Positions 1 to 8,572 of a stretch of 43,766 nt of DNA are shown one piece after another. Made by a program: the position numbers and the translations under genes. The first letter of the stretch is position 1, and each line of letters begins with the position of its first letter. This DNA is from a virus. Its lineage: Duplodnaviria; Caudoviricetes. Under the pieces are notes generated by a model that searched no databases, was not told the origin of the DNA, and saw only the letters and a program-made list of their open reading frames with translations. The stretch is from positions 1 through 43,766 of IMG/VR virus record IMGVR_UViG_3300010362_000037. One strand, written 5' to 3'.

Positions 1-318
1 GAGGGACGCTGCGACGACCTCCCACCGCCCGAGACGACCGCCCCGGTCGCGGCGCGCGACGACCGCCTTAGCGATAGTCGCCTTCGTCGGATTCTTCGCG
101 CGGAACGAGATCGGCGCGCGCCGCCCGTTTTCGAGGTAGTAGACGGCGGCGACGACCGGGACGAGTCGGCTCGCGGGGATCCCGCTCGCGGACGCTGCGG
201 CCTTCGTCGCGTCGGCGGGCGAGTAGGGGTAGTCCGCCGGGCGGGCGGTCTCCTCGGCGGCGTAGAACGCGCGAGCGGTCTCGCGGGCGAGGTCTAGGGG
301 GGTCTTCGTATTCGTCAT
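1..318 (-). CDS. Hypothetical protein, possibly HTH DNA-binding (runs off the window edge; not in the ORF track)
   Basis: ATG at 318-316 preceded by TAAGGAG; open to position 1: MTNTKTPLDLARETARAFYAAEE...ATKAAASASGIPASRL...GRLGRWEVVAASL. Confidence 0.75.
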   Translation of the reverse strand, partial: MTNTKTPLDLARETARAFYAAEETARPADYPYSPADATKAAASASGIPASRLVPVVAAVYYLENGRRAPISFRAKNPTKATIAKAVVARRDRGGRLGRWEVVAASL

Positions 319-423
319 CGTCCGTTCTCCTTAGATAGGGGGTAGCGCCGAGCGGCGCCTACGTAGAGTCGCCGAGATCGGGCGAGACCGCCTCCCCCGT
401 TCGGGGGATATTCGTTTACCCCT

Positions 424-930
424 TTTGAGTTAGTCCGTATCGGTTGAGTTGATAGGCCGGTCGGCCTACCCCTTTCGGGGGATGAGTTGAGAGTCGGGTT
501 GATATGCGTTGAGAGTGATACGAACGCACGTTCGGGCCAACTCAACTCAACACAACTCAACTCATAAGCCTGCGAAGTTCGGCATTCATATCAACACATG
601 CGAAGCTGAAAATCTAAGGCATGCATTTCAACACACGTCTCGGGGTCTTACCGGCGACTGTGTTGATATGTGGCGTCTCGAGTTCTGGGCGTGGAATACA
701 CATGTCAACACACTCAACTCAACACAGGTTTTCACGCTTACTACAACTCAACACAGCGTAAGCTGAAAAAACAGAGCAATTCATGTATTTTTGAGTTTGG
801 CCCTAGTGGTTTACTCACACGCAACTCATCACAGTTTTGCCGTCCTATGCCTCTCAAGCCTACTCACGTCAACCAAACCAAGCTCGTGAAACCCAACGTT
901 TTATGGCCTTCCAATACATTCAACTCAAAA
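424..930. repeat. Cluster of TCAAC(A/T)CA / TGAGTTG short repeats in AT-richer non-coding DNA
   Basis: CAACTCA at 538, 543, 553, 558, 715, 744, 822, 921; inverted TGAGTTG at 445, 483; several TCAACAC copies between 547 and 754. Confidence 0.8.
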
Positions 931-1050
931 TTGAACAGGATCCCCATATCAAGCGACCGACTCCGTATGAACAGAGTAAGAGTCCATAGCATTCCAATAC
1001 AGACCAAGTACGCACAGGTTAAGATTCCGTAAAGATTTCCGTATGTACCC

Positions 1051-1080
1051 TAGCGGAACACCGTATGAATCGGGTAGACT
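1051..1080 (+). promoter_or_regulatory. Candidate early promoter (TAGCGG-18-TAGACT)
   Basis: TANNNT -10 at 1075-1080 directly upstream of the structured leader; the -35 is weak. Confidence 0.4.
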
Positions 1081-1081
1081 C

Positions 1082-1731
1082 GACCGACTCGTCGAAGACG
1101 AGTCGGGTTGGCCTCGAACTTGAGGCGAGTACCTTGAAAACTCAATCTCGGAACCGGCCGGAGACGGAGACGCCTCCGGTCGGCATTTAGTCCGAGTCCG
1201 GCCTCTCAAGTAGGCGAAGCTAGATCGGCCAAAAGAGAGGGTCAAGCGCGCGGCGGGGAGACTACGACCTCCGCCCGACGGCCGGATACGGACGAGCGAG
1301 ACTCGAAAGAATAATGGGTAGGGCGGCTACTTGCCAACCCGAGGGACGGCGGCTTTTGGGCGATCCCTTGGTAGTAGGGGTAGAACCGATATGGAAAAGA
1401 GGCCCGGATGGTATCGAGACCCTCGCTCGTCGCGTCCGACCGGAGCCGACCGGCGTTAGCCCATCTAGTAGGGCGCGACCGGCGACGCGGGGAAACGGTA
1501 GGACGAGCTTACGAGCGAGTAATGAGACCGAGGTTGCGATCTTTGAAAACTCTATAATGGTACCCCCTCCTTACGGCGGGGCGTCGGGCGTCCGAAGGAC
1601 GGACGCCCGGCGTTCCATCAAGGAGAGGCGCGCTCCGAGTGGATGGTTCCCGTCCGTTCTCATCCGCTCGGCAAGACGCGACTCTCCTTGATGGAGCGCG
1701 GCGCAAAACGCCCGCCCGCAAATAAGGAGGG
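1082..1731 (+). ncRNA. Long structured leader / candidate ncRNA with two boxA-like motifs
   Basis: No credible ORF; many inverted repeats; CAATCTCGG 1143-1151 pairs with CCGAGGTTG 1528-1536; CCCTCCTTA 1565-1573 pairs with the SD TAAGGAGGG 1723-1731; TTGAAAACTC at 1134 and 1543. Confidence 0.6.
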
Positions 1732-1737
1732 AATGGA

Positions 1738-2103
1738 ATGGATAAGAAGACGCAAGAAGCGCGCGCAAGAAATAAGGCGATGTACCGCGCTCGCTTGACG
1801 AACCTATCTGGCTTGCCCGACTATGATGCGCGCGGCCTCGGTCGCAAGGGGAAGCCAAGCGAGACGTTCGCAACTCGTCAATGTAACTACGTCGTTGGCG
1901 GGAAAGAGAAGTTGATTCGCCGCAACCGGAAAACAAGAAAGATCGGCCAAAGCGACTACTACTTCATCCCGCTCATTCTCGGCGGGAAGCGTTGTACGAA
2001 GTCTGAGATGAGCAAGGGAAGATGCCTTGAACATCTCGGGGCGACGTATGAGAAGGTAAGCAAGAAACCGAGCGATGAGCTGAAAGACCTCGGAATCAAG
2101 TAG
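1738..2103 (+). CDS. Hypothetical basic early protein
   Basis: SD TAAGGAGG; stop codon coincides with the first intergenic RNA element. Confidence 0.8.
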   Translation: MDKKTQEARARNKAMYRARLTNLSGLPDYDARGLGRKGKPSETFATRQCNYVVGGKEKLIRRNRKTRKIGQSDYYFIPLILGGKRCTKSEMSKGRCLEHLGATYEKVSKKPSDELKDLGIK

Positions 2104-2200
2104 GAGGTCGGGCCAAATCGAAAAATGGCCCGGTCTCGTATTTGCCCCGAGGGCAAGTGCGAACCAACCGTAATGAGGGTACCTAACATAAGGAGAAGAT

Positions 2201-2461
2201 ATGTCGATCTACATCGAAACCGATGTGAGGCTCGATTCGCTTGACTTGGCGAATCTCGAGATGCTTGTAATGGACAGGATGAAGGAACTCCGCGAGTTCC
2301 GCAAGTCCAACGAGTCAAGCTTCTCGACGGCCATCGCCGATGAGCAGCTCGCCAACTACCGGGGCACGTTGAAGCGCATTCGGGCGGGGCGCGAGCAGGT
2401 CAAGATCATCTCGGACGGAATGCGCCGGCAAAACCGCCGCAATGCGGTGAAGCGGTCATGA
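2201..2461 (+). CDS. Hypothetical protein
   Basis: SD AAGGAG; overlaps next ATG (ATGA). Confidence 0.8.
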   Translation: MSIYIETDVRLDSLDLANLEMLVMDRMKELREFRKSNESSFSTAIADEQLANYRGTLKRIRAGREQVKIISDGMRRQNRRNAVKRS

Positions 2462-2628
2462 AGAACCTCGACGTCATCCTCGCGCGGCTTGAAGCGATCC
2501 GCGATGACCGCTTCGCAGAAATGTGCAAGTGCAAAGAGGTCGGCGATGAGGTGAAGGAGGCGACGTTGAACGGTGAAGTTCGCGGAATGATTACCGCGAT
2601 CAACGTCATCAAGAACGCGACAAGGTGA
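2458..2628 (+). CDS. Hypothetical 56-aa protein (MKNLDVILARLEAIRDD...)
   Basis: ATGA coupling; TGA is the start of the repeat element at 2626. Confidence 0.75.
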   Translation: MKNLDVILARLEAIRDDRFAEMCKCKEVGDEVKEATLNGEVRGMITAINVIKNATR

Positions 2629-2699
2629 GTAGGAAGTCATCCGGGTTGAAAGCCGGATGGCCTCGTACTCATACGAGTACGGATCAAAGGAGGGTACCG

Positions 2700-2801
2700 A
2701 TGAAAAGCCAAAATGCGATCAAGGATGCAATCCAGCATCCGAAGCAGGTCAATCTCGGCTCCTTCGGCGTTGCATTGATGGCGGCGGCGAAGAAGAGTTG
2801 A
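2700..2801 (+). CDS. Hypothetical 33-aa peptide (MKSQNAIKDAIQHPKQVNLGSFGVALMAAAKKS)
   Basis: Follows GGAGGGTACC; its TGA starts the next repeat element. Confidence 0.7.
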   Translation: MKSQNAIKDAIQHPKQVNLGSFGVALMAAAKKS

Positions 2802-2912
2802 GTAGGAAGCTCCATCTAGCGGGCATGCAATGCATGCGACGGGATGGAGCCTCGTGCTCAAAGCTGAGTACGGCAACAAACAAACCGTAATGAGGGTACC
2901 GAAGGAGATGAG

Positions 2913-3392
2913 ATGGCAACCAAGAAAGAAGCAAAAGTCAACTCCTTACCTGAGAAGGTGAAGGAATGGGCGAAGGACAACTACCTCGGCAACGAAGTCG
3001 GATCCGATGAGTACCGCGAAGTTCAACCTGTAGGTGGGTTGAACGCGGCGCTCGCGTACTTTATGAACACCAACGTGAATATGACGGCTGGCTTGCAGCC
3101 TCATCACGTTGAGATGCTCAAGGAGCTGCGCGATTGGATCTCGGCGATCATCATCGATGTCGAGGCCGAAGGCGATGGCTACCTGGAGCGGACAAAGAAA
3201 ACCGGCTATGCCCTCGCGTCGAATATGTACCCCGGCAACGATAAGGCCGAGCCTGTGTTGGCCCGGGCGTTCGATGCGAACTGGGATGTCGGCGTTCATC
3301 CGTACGGCTTTACGGCCGCGCAAGTGATGGAAGACTACAACTTCCATCTCGAGATCGACAAGATGGCGGAGGAGCGCGACAAGAAGAAGTGA
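2913..3392 (+). CDS. Hypothetical protein
   Basis: SD AAGGAG; bounded by repeat elements. Confidence 0.8.
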   Translation: MATKKEAKVNSLPEKVKEWAKDNYLGNEVGSDEYREVQPVGGLNAALAYFMNTNVNMTAGLQPHHVEMLKELRDWISAIIIDVEAEGDGYLERTKKTGYALASNMYPGNDKAEPVLARAFDANWDVGVHPYGFTAAQVMEDYNFHLEIDKMAEERDKKK

Positions 3393-3459
3393 GTAGGAAG
3401 TCATCCTTGGGGGAGGATGGCCTCGTACTCATGATGAGTGCGAGAAGGAGGGTACCAAA

Positions 3460-3903
3460 ATGTCCGAGTTCGAATGGACTGACCCGGATGACGGGAAGGT
3501 CTATGAGATGCGTTACATCGTAACGCAACATGAGAGCGAAGGCCCGGAATATGTCGAGTGGCGTGAGAAGCCGATGGCTGAGCGTGACTTGACGATGTGG
3601 CATAAGCTCCCGCCGTTCGCCATGCCACCCCAAGAAGCTATGGAGCACTGGCATGGCCCCGTGATCCGGTGGTGGGATGAAGTCCAACAGGGCGTCATCC
3701 TCGCCATCAAGGATGACGGACGCGAGGAGTACAACGCTCTCTGCGTCAACGAAAAATGCGAGTTGTTCTGGGCCGATCTGACGGTCTTCGAGAACATCTC
3801 CGACCCCGATGGCGATCAGGTCTCGCCTGGCATGGTAATCAAGACGAATCATGCCTTGGAAGTGAAAGGCCCGGACTTGCTCCGGGAATGGTACGCGAGA
3901 TGA
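3460..3903 (+). CDS. Hypothetical acidic protein
   Basis: Follows GGAGGGTACC. Confidence 0.8.
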   Translation: MSEFEWTDPDDGKVYEMRYIVTQHESEGPEYVEWREKPMAERDLTMWHKLPPFAMPPQEAMEHWHGPVIRWWDEVQQGVILAIKDDGREEYNALCVNEKCELFWADLTVFENISDPDGDQVSPGMVIKTNHALEVKGPDLLREWYAR

Positions 3904-4322
3904 ACGCGCCATTGTACGGACGCGAGTTGACGTATGCGGACGAGACGGACGTGTTTGCCTTGGTCGAAGAGTTCTATTGCATTGCCAAGGAAGCATTGCC
4001 GATCCCGTCAAGCGACGATGGACTCGGGTTCCGCGATCTCTGGATGTCCGGCCCCAATCCGGACGGAGAAGGCATCTGGTACAACGATACGACGGCGGTT
4101 GAGCCGCTTGTTCTGCAAGCGATCTGCGCCGAGATGCTCTCTCGTGGGATTGATCCCGGCTACGGCGACTATGCCGACGATGATTCGAGCGTCGGGATGG
4201 TGATGGCGTTCGTCAAAACCGGCAAGAAGTATGACGTCGAGTTCGTCGGAATCACGAGAATCGAGTCAATCGGCTTCAACGCGGCCCGACGTGTCGGGAT
4301 GGCGTTGTCGCTGCTGAGCTGA
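3900..4322 (+). CDS. Hypothetical acidic protein
   Basis: ATGA overlap at 3900 (start trimmed from track ORF 3756). Confidence 0.75.
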   Translation: MNAPLYGRELTYADETDVFALVEEFYCIAKEALPIPSSDDGLGFRDLWMSGPNPDGEGIWYNDTTAVEPLVLQAICAEMLSRGIDPGYGDYADDDSSVGMVMAFVKTGKKYDVEFVGITRIESIGFNAARRVGMALSLLS

Positions 4323-4410
4323 TAGAAGCTGTTATGCTGAGAAGCGTAATGCTGCGAGGCATAACGGCTTGTGTCAACCTGGCACAGAAAGGCCAACAAG
4401 GAGGGTACCG

Positions 4411-4671
4411 ATGAAGAAGAAGGATGTGCGGATTGGCGCATACTACGCCATCAAGCACACGTCATCTCCGTATGGGAAGCTCAGCGTCATTCGCATTGAC
4501 GGTGAGTCGCAGTACGGAGGCTACAACGCCACCAACCTCAAGACGAAGCGACCGATCCGCATCAAGGCGGCAACGAAGCTCCGCTATGAGGTCAAGCTCA
4601 ACCCCGACTTTGTCGAGGCCGAGCCTGAGCTGATGCTGAAGAACGGCATCAAGAAATGGCAGGTGGCGTAA
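4411..4671 (+). CDS. Hypothetical basic protein (MKKKDVRIGAYY...)
   Basis: ATG directly after GGAGGGTACC. Confidence 0.8.
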   Translation: MKKKDVRIGAYYAIKHTSSPYGKLSVIRIDGESQYGGYNATNLKTKRPIRIKAATKLRYEVKLNPDFVEAEPELMLKNGIKKWQVA

Positions 4672-5036
4672 TGCCTGACTACGAATCAGAAGCATGGCAG
4701 GCATACCTGCACGTTCGGCAGGAAGTCGAGCATGACGTCGAGCGCGGTATGATGCGCATCGGCAAGGACAATGTCATGCGGAAGATGGACTACTTCGATG
4801 AGATCGAGCGGCGGTTGAACAATCTGATCGCGAACTACAACCGCTACCGGCTCAAGGATGAGAAGAACATCGCGAAGTACAAGGACGATCCGCAGTACAA
4901 GGAGATCATCCCGCAATGGGAGACGGATCGCGCCTGGGCTTCGGAGATGGTCTGGATGATCCGCAACTATCGCGATCAGGAGCGGTTCCGCAAGGACTTC
5001 GGACTCGCTGTTGTCTTGGTGAAGAGCAATGCCTAA
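4671..5036 (+). CDS. Hypothetical protein
   Basis: TAATG coupling. Confidence 0.75.
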   Translation: MPDYESEAWQAYLHVRQEVEHDVERGMMRIGKDNVMRKMDYFDEIERRLNNLIANYNRYRLKDEKNIAKYKDDPQYKEIIPQWETDRAWASEMVWMIRNYRDQERFRKDFGLAVVLVKSNA

Positions 5037-5253
5037 GTACAAGATACATGGCTTCCTCTATGAGCCGAGCGCGGAAGGCGTGGACAGAAATGGCTACCTG
5101 CACTTCTGGGATGTTGTCGAAGCGCCGACCGTGAAAGAAGCCTACGAAATGACGTGGGAAGACTACGGCGAGTACAATACGCTCGAATGTGCTGGCGAGG
5201 TCAAAAGCAAGCACGATGAGCAACTCTGGCTGAAGCTAAACGCAACAGGCTGA
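5029..5253 (+). CDS. Hypothetical protein
   Basis: Overlaps previous stop; ends at a repeat element. Confidence 0.75.
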   Translation: MPKYKIHGFLYEPSAEGVDRNGYLHFWDVVEAPTVKEAYEMTWEDYGEYNTLECAGEVKSKHDEQLWLKLNATG

Positions 5254-5327
5254 GCAGAAAGTCCCATCCGTAAAAAGATGGGGCCTTGTGTTCGGGCTGT
5301 ACCGAACCAACCGAAGGAGGGTACCAA

Positions 5328-5726
5328 TTGACTGGATGGAATATGCCTCCAGGTGTCAATGTCAACGACATCCCCGGGAATCGTCCCGAGGATGAGATGG
5401 AGGAAGCGTTCTGGGCCGAGCTTGAGAAGAAGCTGACTCTGATCAAAGTCGCTCAGGACAACGAGTCTGTGATCCCGGTCATCGAGGCTATCGGCGATAA
5501 CTGGGATGAGGATTGGTTCGTCCAGGCGATCTCCAAAGCTCGAGACATGGGCTTCGACGCGGGCTACAACCAGGGCGTCGCCGACGAAGCTATGCAGATC
5601 GGCGGCTATGAGTCGGAAGTCTGGGAACGTGCGCAAACATGGCTGGAAGACAACAAGACGGCCAGCGCGCGAGCCTACATCTCGCAGCTCGCGAAGATCA
5701 GAGCTGAGATGAACGCCGATGATTGA
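5328..5726 (+). CDS. Hypothetical protein (GWNMPPGV..DIPGN N-terminus)
   Basis: TTG start after GGAGGGTACC. Confidence 0.75.
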   Translation: MTGWNMPPGVNVNDIPGNRPEDEMEEAFWAELEKKLTLIKVAQDNESVIPVIEAIGDNWDEDWFVQAISKARDMGFDAGYNQGVADEAMQIGGYESEVWERAQTWLEDNKTASARAYISQLAKIRAEMNADD

Positions 5727-5904
5727 CGCGAACGGCAAGGACATCGAGTACGGCGACAAAGTCAGGCAGCATCCCGACGGCGAGATCGTCGCGCAGGTCT
5801 ACTACATGGACTATCTGAAGATGATAGTTCACGTAATGGTGATCGACGAGATCGACAAAGGTACGCTCGTCAAGCTGCGGCCAGACGAGATCGAAGTCAT
5901 CTGA
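5719..5904 (+). CDS. Small hypothetical protein, possibly SH3/KOW-like
   Basis: DANGKDIEYGDKV motif; ends at a repeat element. Confidence 0.7.
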   Translation: MIDANGKDIEYGDKVRQHPDGEIVAQVYYMDYLKMIVHVMVIDEIDKGTLVKLRPDEIEVI

Positions 5905-5977
5905 GTAGGAAGTCGCCCATGTGCGATGGGCGGCCTCGTATTCAGATGGTCTGAATACGTACATAAGGAGGGTACCT

Positions 5978-6289
5978 ATGCCAATGTTTGATGATGCGAG
6001 TACCTACTCGCCATACAAACCGGCGTTCGGCCCGGAGAAAGACATCATCATGATGGCGACTCCGGGTGACTGGCCCTGTTGGCCCAGGCTGCCGCTGAAG
6101 CGGCGGAACCTGAGCACTGGGATGATGGAGACCGGCTACCTGCTGGAGCTGAACAACTTCATGCACGTCGTCTTCATCGGCACCATCTACGACGTTCTGC
6201 CTGACAGCGTCGATAAGCTCGGCGAGGTCAAGCAGATCAAGTACAACTCGTTCCAAGCGATCCAAGCCGACGGCTGGATCGTAGACTGA
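5978..6289 (+). CDS. Hypothetical phage protein (WPCWPRLPLKR...GWIVD)
   Basis: ATG after GGAGGGTACC. Confidence 0.75.
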   Translation: MPMFDDASTYSPYKPAFGPEKDIIMMATPGDWPCWPRLPLKRRNLSTGMMETGYLLELNNFMHVVFIGTIYDVLPDSVDKLGEVKQIKYNSFQAIQADGWIVD

Positions 6290-6516
6290 TGGAGCGGCCG
6301 GTCTCGTATGAGAGAATCCCATTCCGGTTTCTCTCTTGCCCGGATTGCCGGCATCAGCTCTGCTGGATCAATCCGAGGCTGCCCAACTACTGCCCCGAAT
6401 GCGGCAATCGCGTCGAATGGAAGGAGCGCGTCATGATGGCTGATGACGAAGCGATCCTGATGACGCATAATGTCTCACTCGCGGGCGGCGAGTACGTGGA
6501 TGGCTTCGATGGCTAG
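6289..6516 (+). CDS. Zinc-ribbon protein
   Basis: CPDC...CPECG. Confidence 0.7.
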   Translation: MERPVSYERIPFRFLSCPDCRHQLCWINPRLPNYCPECGNRVEWKERVMMADDEAILMTHNVSLAGGEYVDGFDG

Positions 6517-6703
6517 AGATATTGACGACCCGGATCCGAAGACCTGGGATGACGATGTTCTCGAAGCCTTTGTCGCCGGCATGATGCTCGACTACGGCGC
6601 GATGGTCATGGAAGTCGAAGAGTTGAAAGTTCGGCGGCTCACGATCATGCTGGAGTTCGAGCGTCGTTTCAAGATCGGAGTTGGGTTTCAAGGCCCATCG
6701 TGA
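6509..6703 (+). CDS. Hypothetical protein
   Basis: Overlaps previous stop; ends at the repeat element at 6701. Confidence 0.65.
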   Translation: MARDIDDPDPKTWDDDVLEAFVAGMMLDYGAMVMEVEELKVRRLTIMLEFERRFKIGVGFQGPS

Positions 6704-6782
6704 AGCGTAGCTCGCCCGTGTGCGACGGGCGGGCTAGACTTCATAATGGAATGAAGTCTACTTGCCCAAGGAGGGTGCCAAA

Positions 6783-7439
6783 ATGCATGCGAAGATGAGA
6801 CCGGGCGCGAATCTCAGCGCTCACGGAACAGTCATCGCCTGTCGCGTCTTCGACAAGACAGAAGAGGAAGACGTCAATCACGGCACGCAGATCACATACC
6901 GTTCAATCGTGTTCTGCGTCCGCGAAGTCTACACTCCAACCTACGTCACGGATCCGTATGTGACGTGGGAGCGGTGGACATCTGTCCTGAAGTCCGATCC
7001 GACCGTCATTATCGCCGACTCGTTCAGCTGGGGCCACTATCACCTCAGCCTGGATATGGCCGTCGCTGATTACGATCATCGGGTCGAAGACAAGACGCAC
7101 GAGAAAGCAGACATAGATGCGATCTCGGCGCGTGGCGTCAACGACGGAAGGGCAGCGGCTACCTGGCTAATCGACGGCAACACCGATGCTCCGCTCGCAG
7201 TTCTCGAAGGTCTGCTGCGTGGCATCGATGAGGGCGATCCTGAGGTGCTCGACTCTCTGCCAATGCCTCATCTCGGTGGCGAATGGTCGGACAATCCGAC
7301 CTGGGAAGACATCTGCAAGGAAGAACTCGACCGCTATGAAGACGGCGAGGATGACTTGCTCAATGTCTACCATCACTCGTTCCACGAGGGCGTCGAGCAG
7401 CAGATCCGCGAGATGCACCGAGATCTGATGGCCGTCTGA
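6783..7439 (+). CDS. Hypothetical acidic protein
   Basis: ATG after GGAGGGTGCC. Confidence 0.8.
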   Translation: MHAKMRPGANLSAHGTVIACRVFDKTEEEDVNHGTQITYRSIVFCVREVYTPTYVTDPYVTWERWTSVLKSDPTVIIADSFSWGHYHLSLDMAVADYDHRVEDKTHEKADIDAISARGVNDGRAAATWLIDGNTDAPLAVLEGLLRGIDEGDPEVLDSLPMPHLGGEWSDNPTWEDICKEELDRYEDGEDDLLNVYHHSFHEGVEQQIREMHRDLMAV

Positions 7440-7512
7440 GTAGGAAGTCCGGTTGGAAGCAACCGGGCCTCGTGTTCAGATGAGCTGAACACTATCCGAA
7501 GGAGGGTACCGA

Positions 7513-7755
7513 ATGATGAACCCGTCACCGGGCGAAATCAACGATCCGCTGGAACCGGGCAACATCCAGCTGAGCTACCGCATCAAGGTGTACTTTGCGC
7601 CGGGAATGGATACGGTGCTGTATGCTCAAGGCGCGGAAGTCTTCATGGATGAGCACCATATCCAGTGGATCAAGTTCTTCGCCACGAACGGCCCCGATGC
7701 GGGTAAGGAACATATCGTCCGCACCGAGGAAGTGGTCATCGTCAGGGACAACTGA
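7513..7755 (+). CDS. Hypothetical protein
   Basis: ATG after GGAGGGTACC. Confidence 0.75.
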   Translation: MMNPSPGEINDPLEPGNIQLSYRIKVYFAPGMDTVLYAQGAEVFMDEHHIQWIKFFATNGPDAGKEHIVRTEEVVIVRDN

Positions 7756-8015
7756 TGTGGACAAAACGGTGGCAAAATAAGCGACCGGGTTGGACACGTC
7801 GGATTACCTGGTACCCCGTTCCTCATACCGACGGCGAACGTATCCATCTCAGGTTTGACGAGAGGATGGCGAACAACGAAGGTCGGGAGCGGTGGGACAT
7901 CATCGTCTCAAAAGCTCGAGCTGAAGAACTAGCAGCCGAGTATGAGAGTGACGAGTACCGCGAAGCCAAGGACATCTTCATCGATGTTATGGCAGAACAG
8001 GAGCAAGATGAGTGA
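7755..8015 (+). CDS. Hypothetical protein
   Basis: TGATG coupling. Confidence 0.7.
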   Translation: MWTKRWQNKRPGWTRRITWYPVPHTDGERIHLRFDERMANNEGRERWDIIVSKARAEELAAEYESDEYREAKDIFIDVMAEQEQDE

Positions 8016-8283
8016 AGGTGGGTTCATAATCGACTCGCCCAAGGGCATCAAGGCATTCGGTCTACTTCAGATCTACTACAAGCTGAAGCTGGAGATCGAG
8101 CGTCCCAACGGCCCGCGTTGGCGGCAGTCGCCATCTATTCAAGCGGTTCACGTAATGCGCCAAGCAGGCGTCAATCTCGACGATCTCGCGAAGCAGCCGC
8201 GCAAAGCCAAGGTGTTCGCCAGGTATCGCCAATACTTGCTGGACACCGGTGTCCTGAAGGAGAACGATGGCGACAGTCAATAG
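8008..8283 (+). CDS. Hypothetical protein
   Basis: AGGAG before ATG 8008. Confidence 0.7.
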   Translation: MSEGGFIIDSPKGIKAFGLLQIYYKLKLEIERPNGPRWRQSPSIQAVHVMRQAGVNLDDLAKQPRKAKVFARYRQYLLDTGVLKENDGDSQ

Positions 8284-8494
8284 TCGAGAGATCGTACAAG
8301 CGATCATCGACGGCGACGGTTGGTATCCTGGCGATAAGGAAGATGGCGTCCCTCAGGTCGTCAAGATCGTCCAGTATAACAACCAGTTCAATGGCGGGAT
8401 CGCGTACGGCCTGATCTACCGGGGCGAAGACCGGATGCGGTATCATACCGCTCCGGCCGTTCATAACCCCCAGACGATCTGGGAACGGAACTGA
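8267..8494 (+). CDS. Hypothetical protein
   Basis: SD AAGGAG; ends at a repeat element. Confidence 0.75.
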   Translation: MATVNSREIVQAIIDGDGWYPGDKEDGVPQVVKIVQYNNQFNGGIAYGLIYRGEDRMRYHTAPAVHNPQTIWERN

Positions 8495-8572
8495 GTAGAA
8501 AGTCACCCGCGTGCGACGGGTGGCCTTGTACTCAGAGTGGTTCTGAGTACATTACCCCGTAGGAGGGTACCA

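Noticed and set aside
424-930. CRISPR array, or real ORFs at 509-766 and 670-1032
   Set aside because: Repeats are 5-13 nt with irregular spacing; the ORFs lack SDs and merely translate the repeats
1530-1558. Canonical sigma70 promoter at TATAAT 1553-1558
   Set aside because: No credible -35 at 16-18 nt; TTGAAA is too close and belongs to the boxA-like motif, so not listed as a promoter
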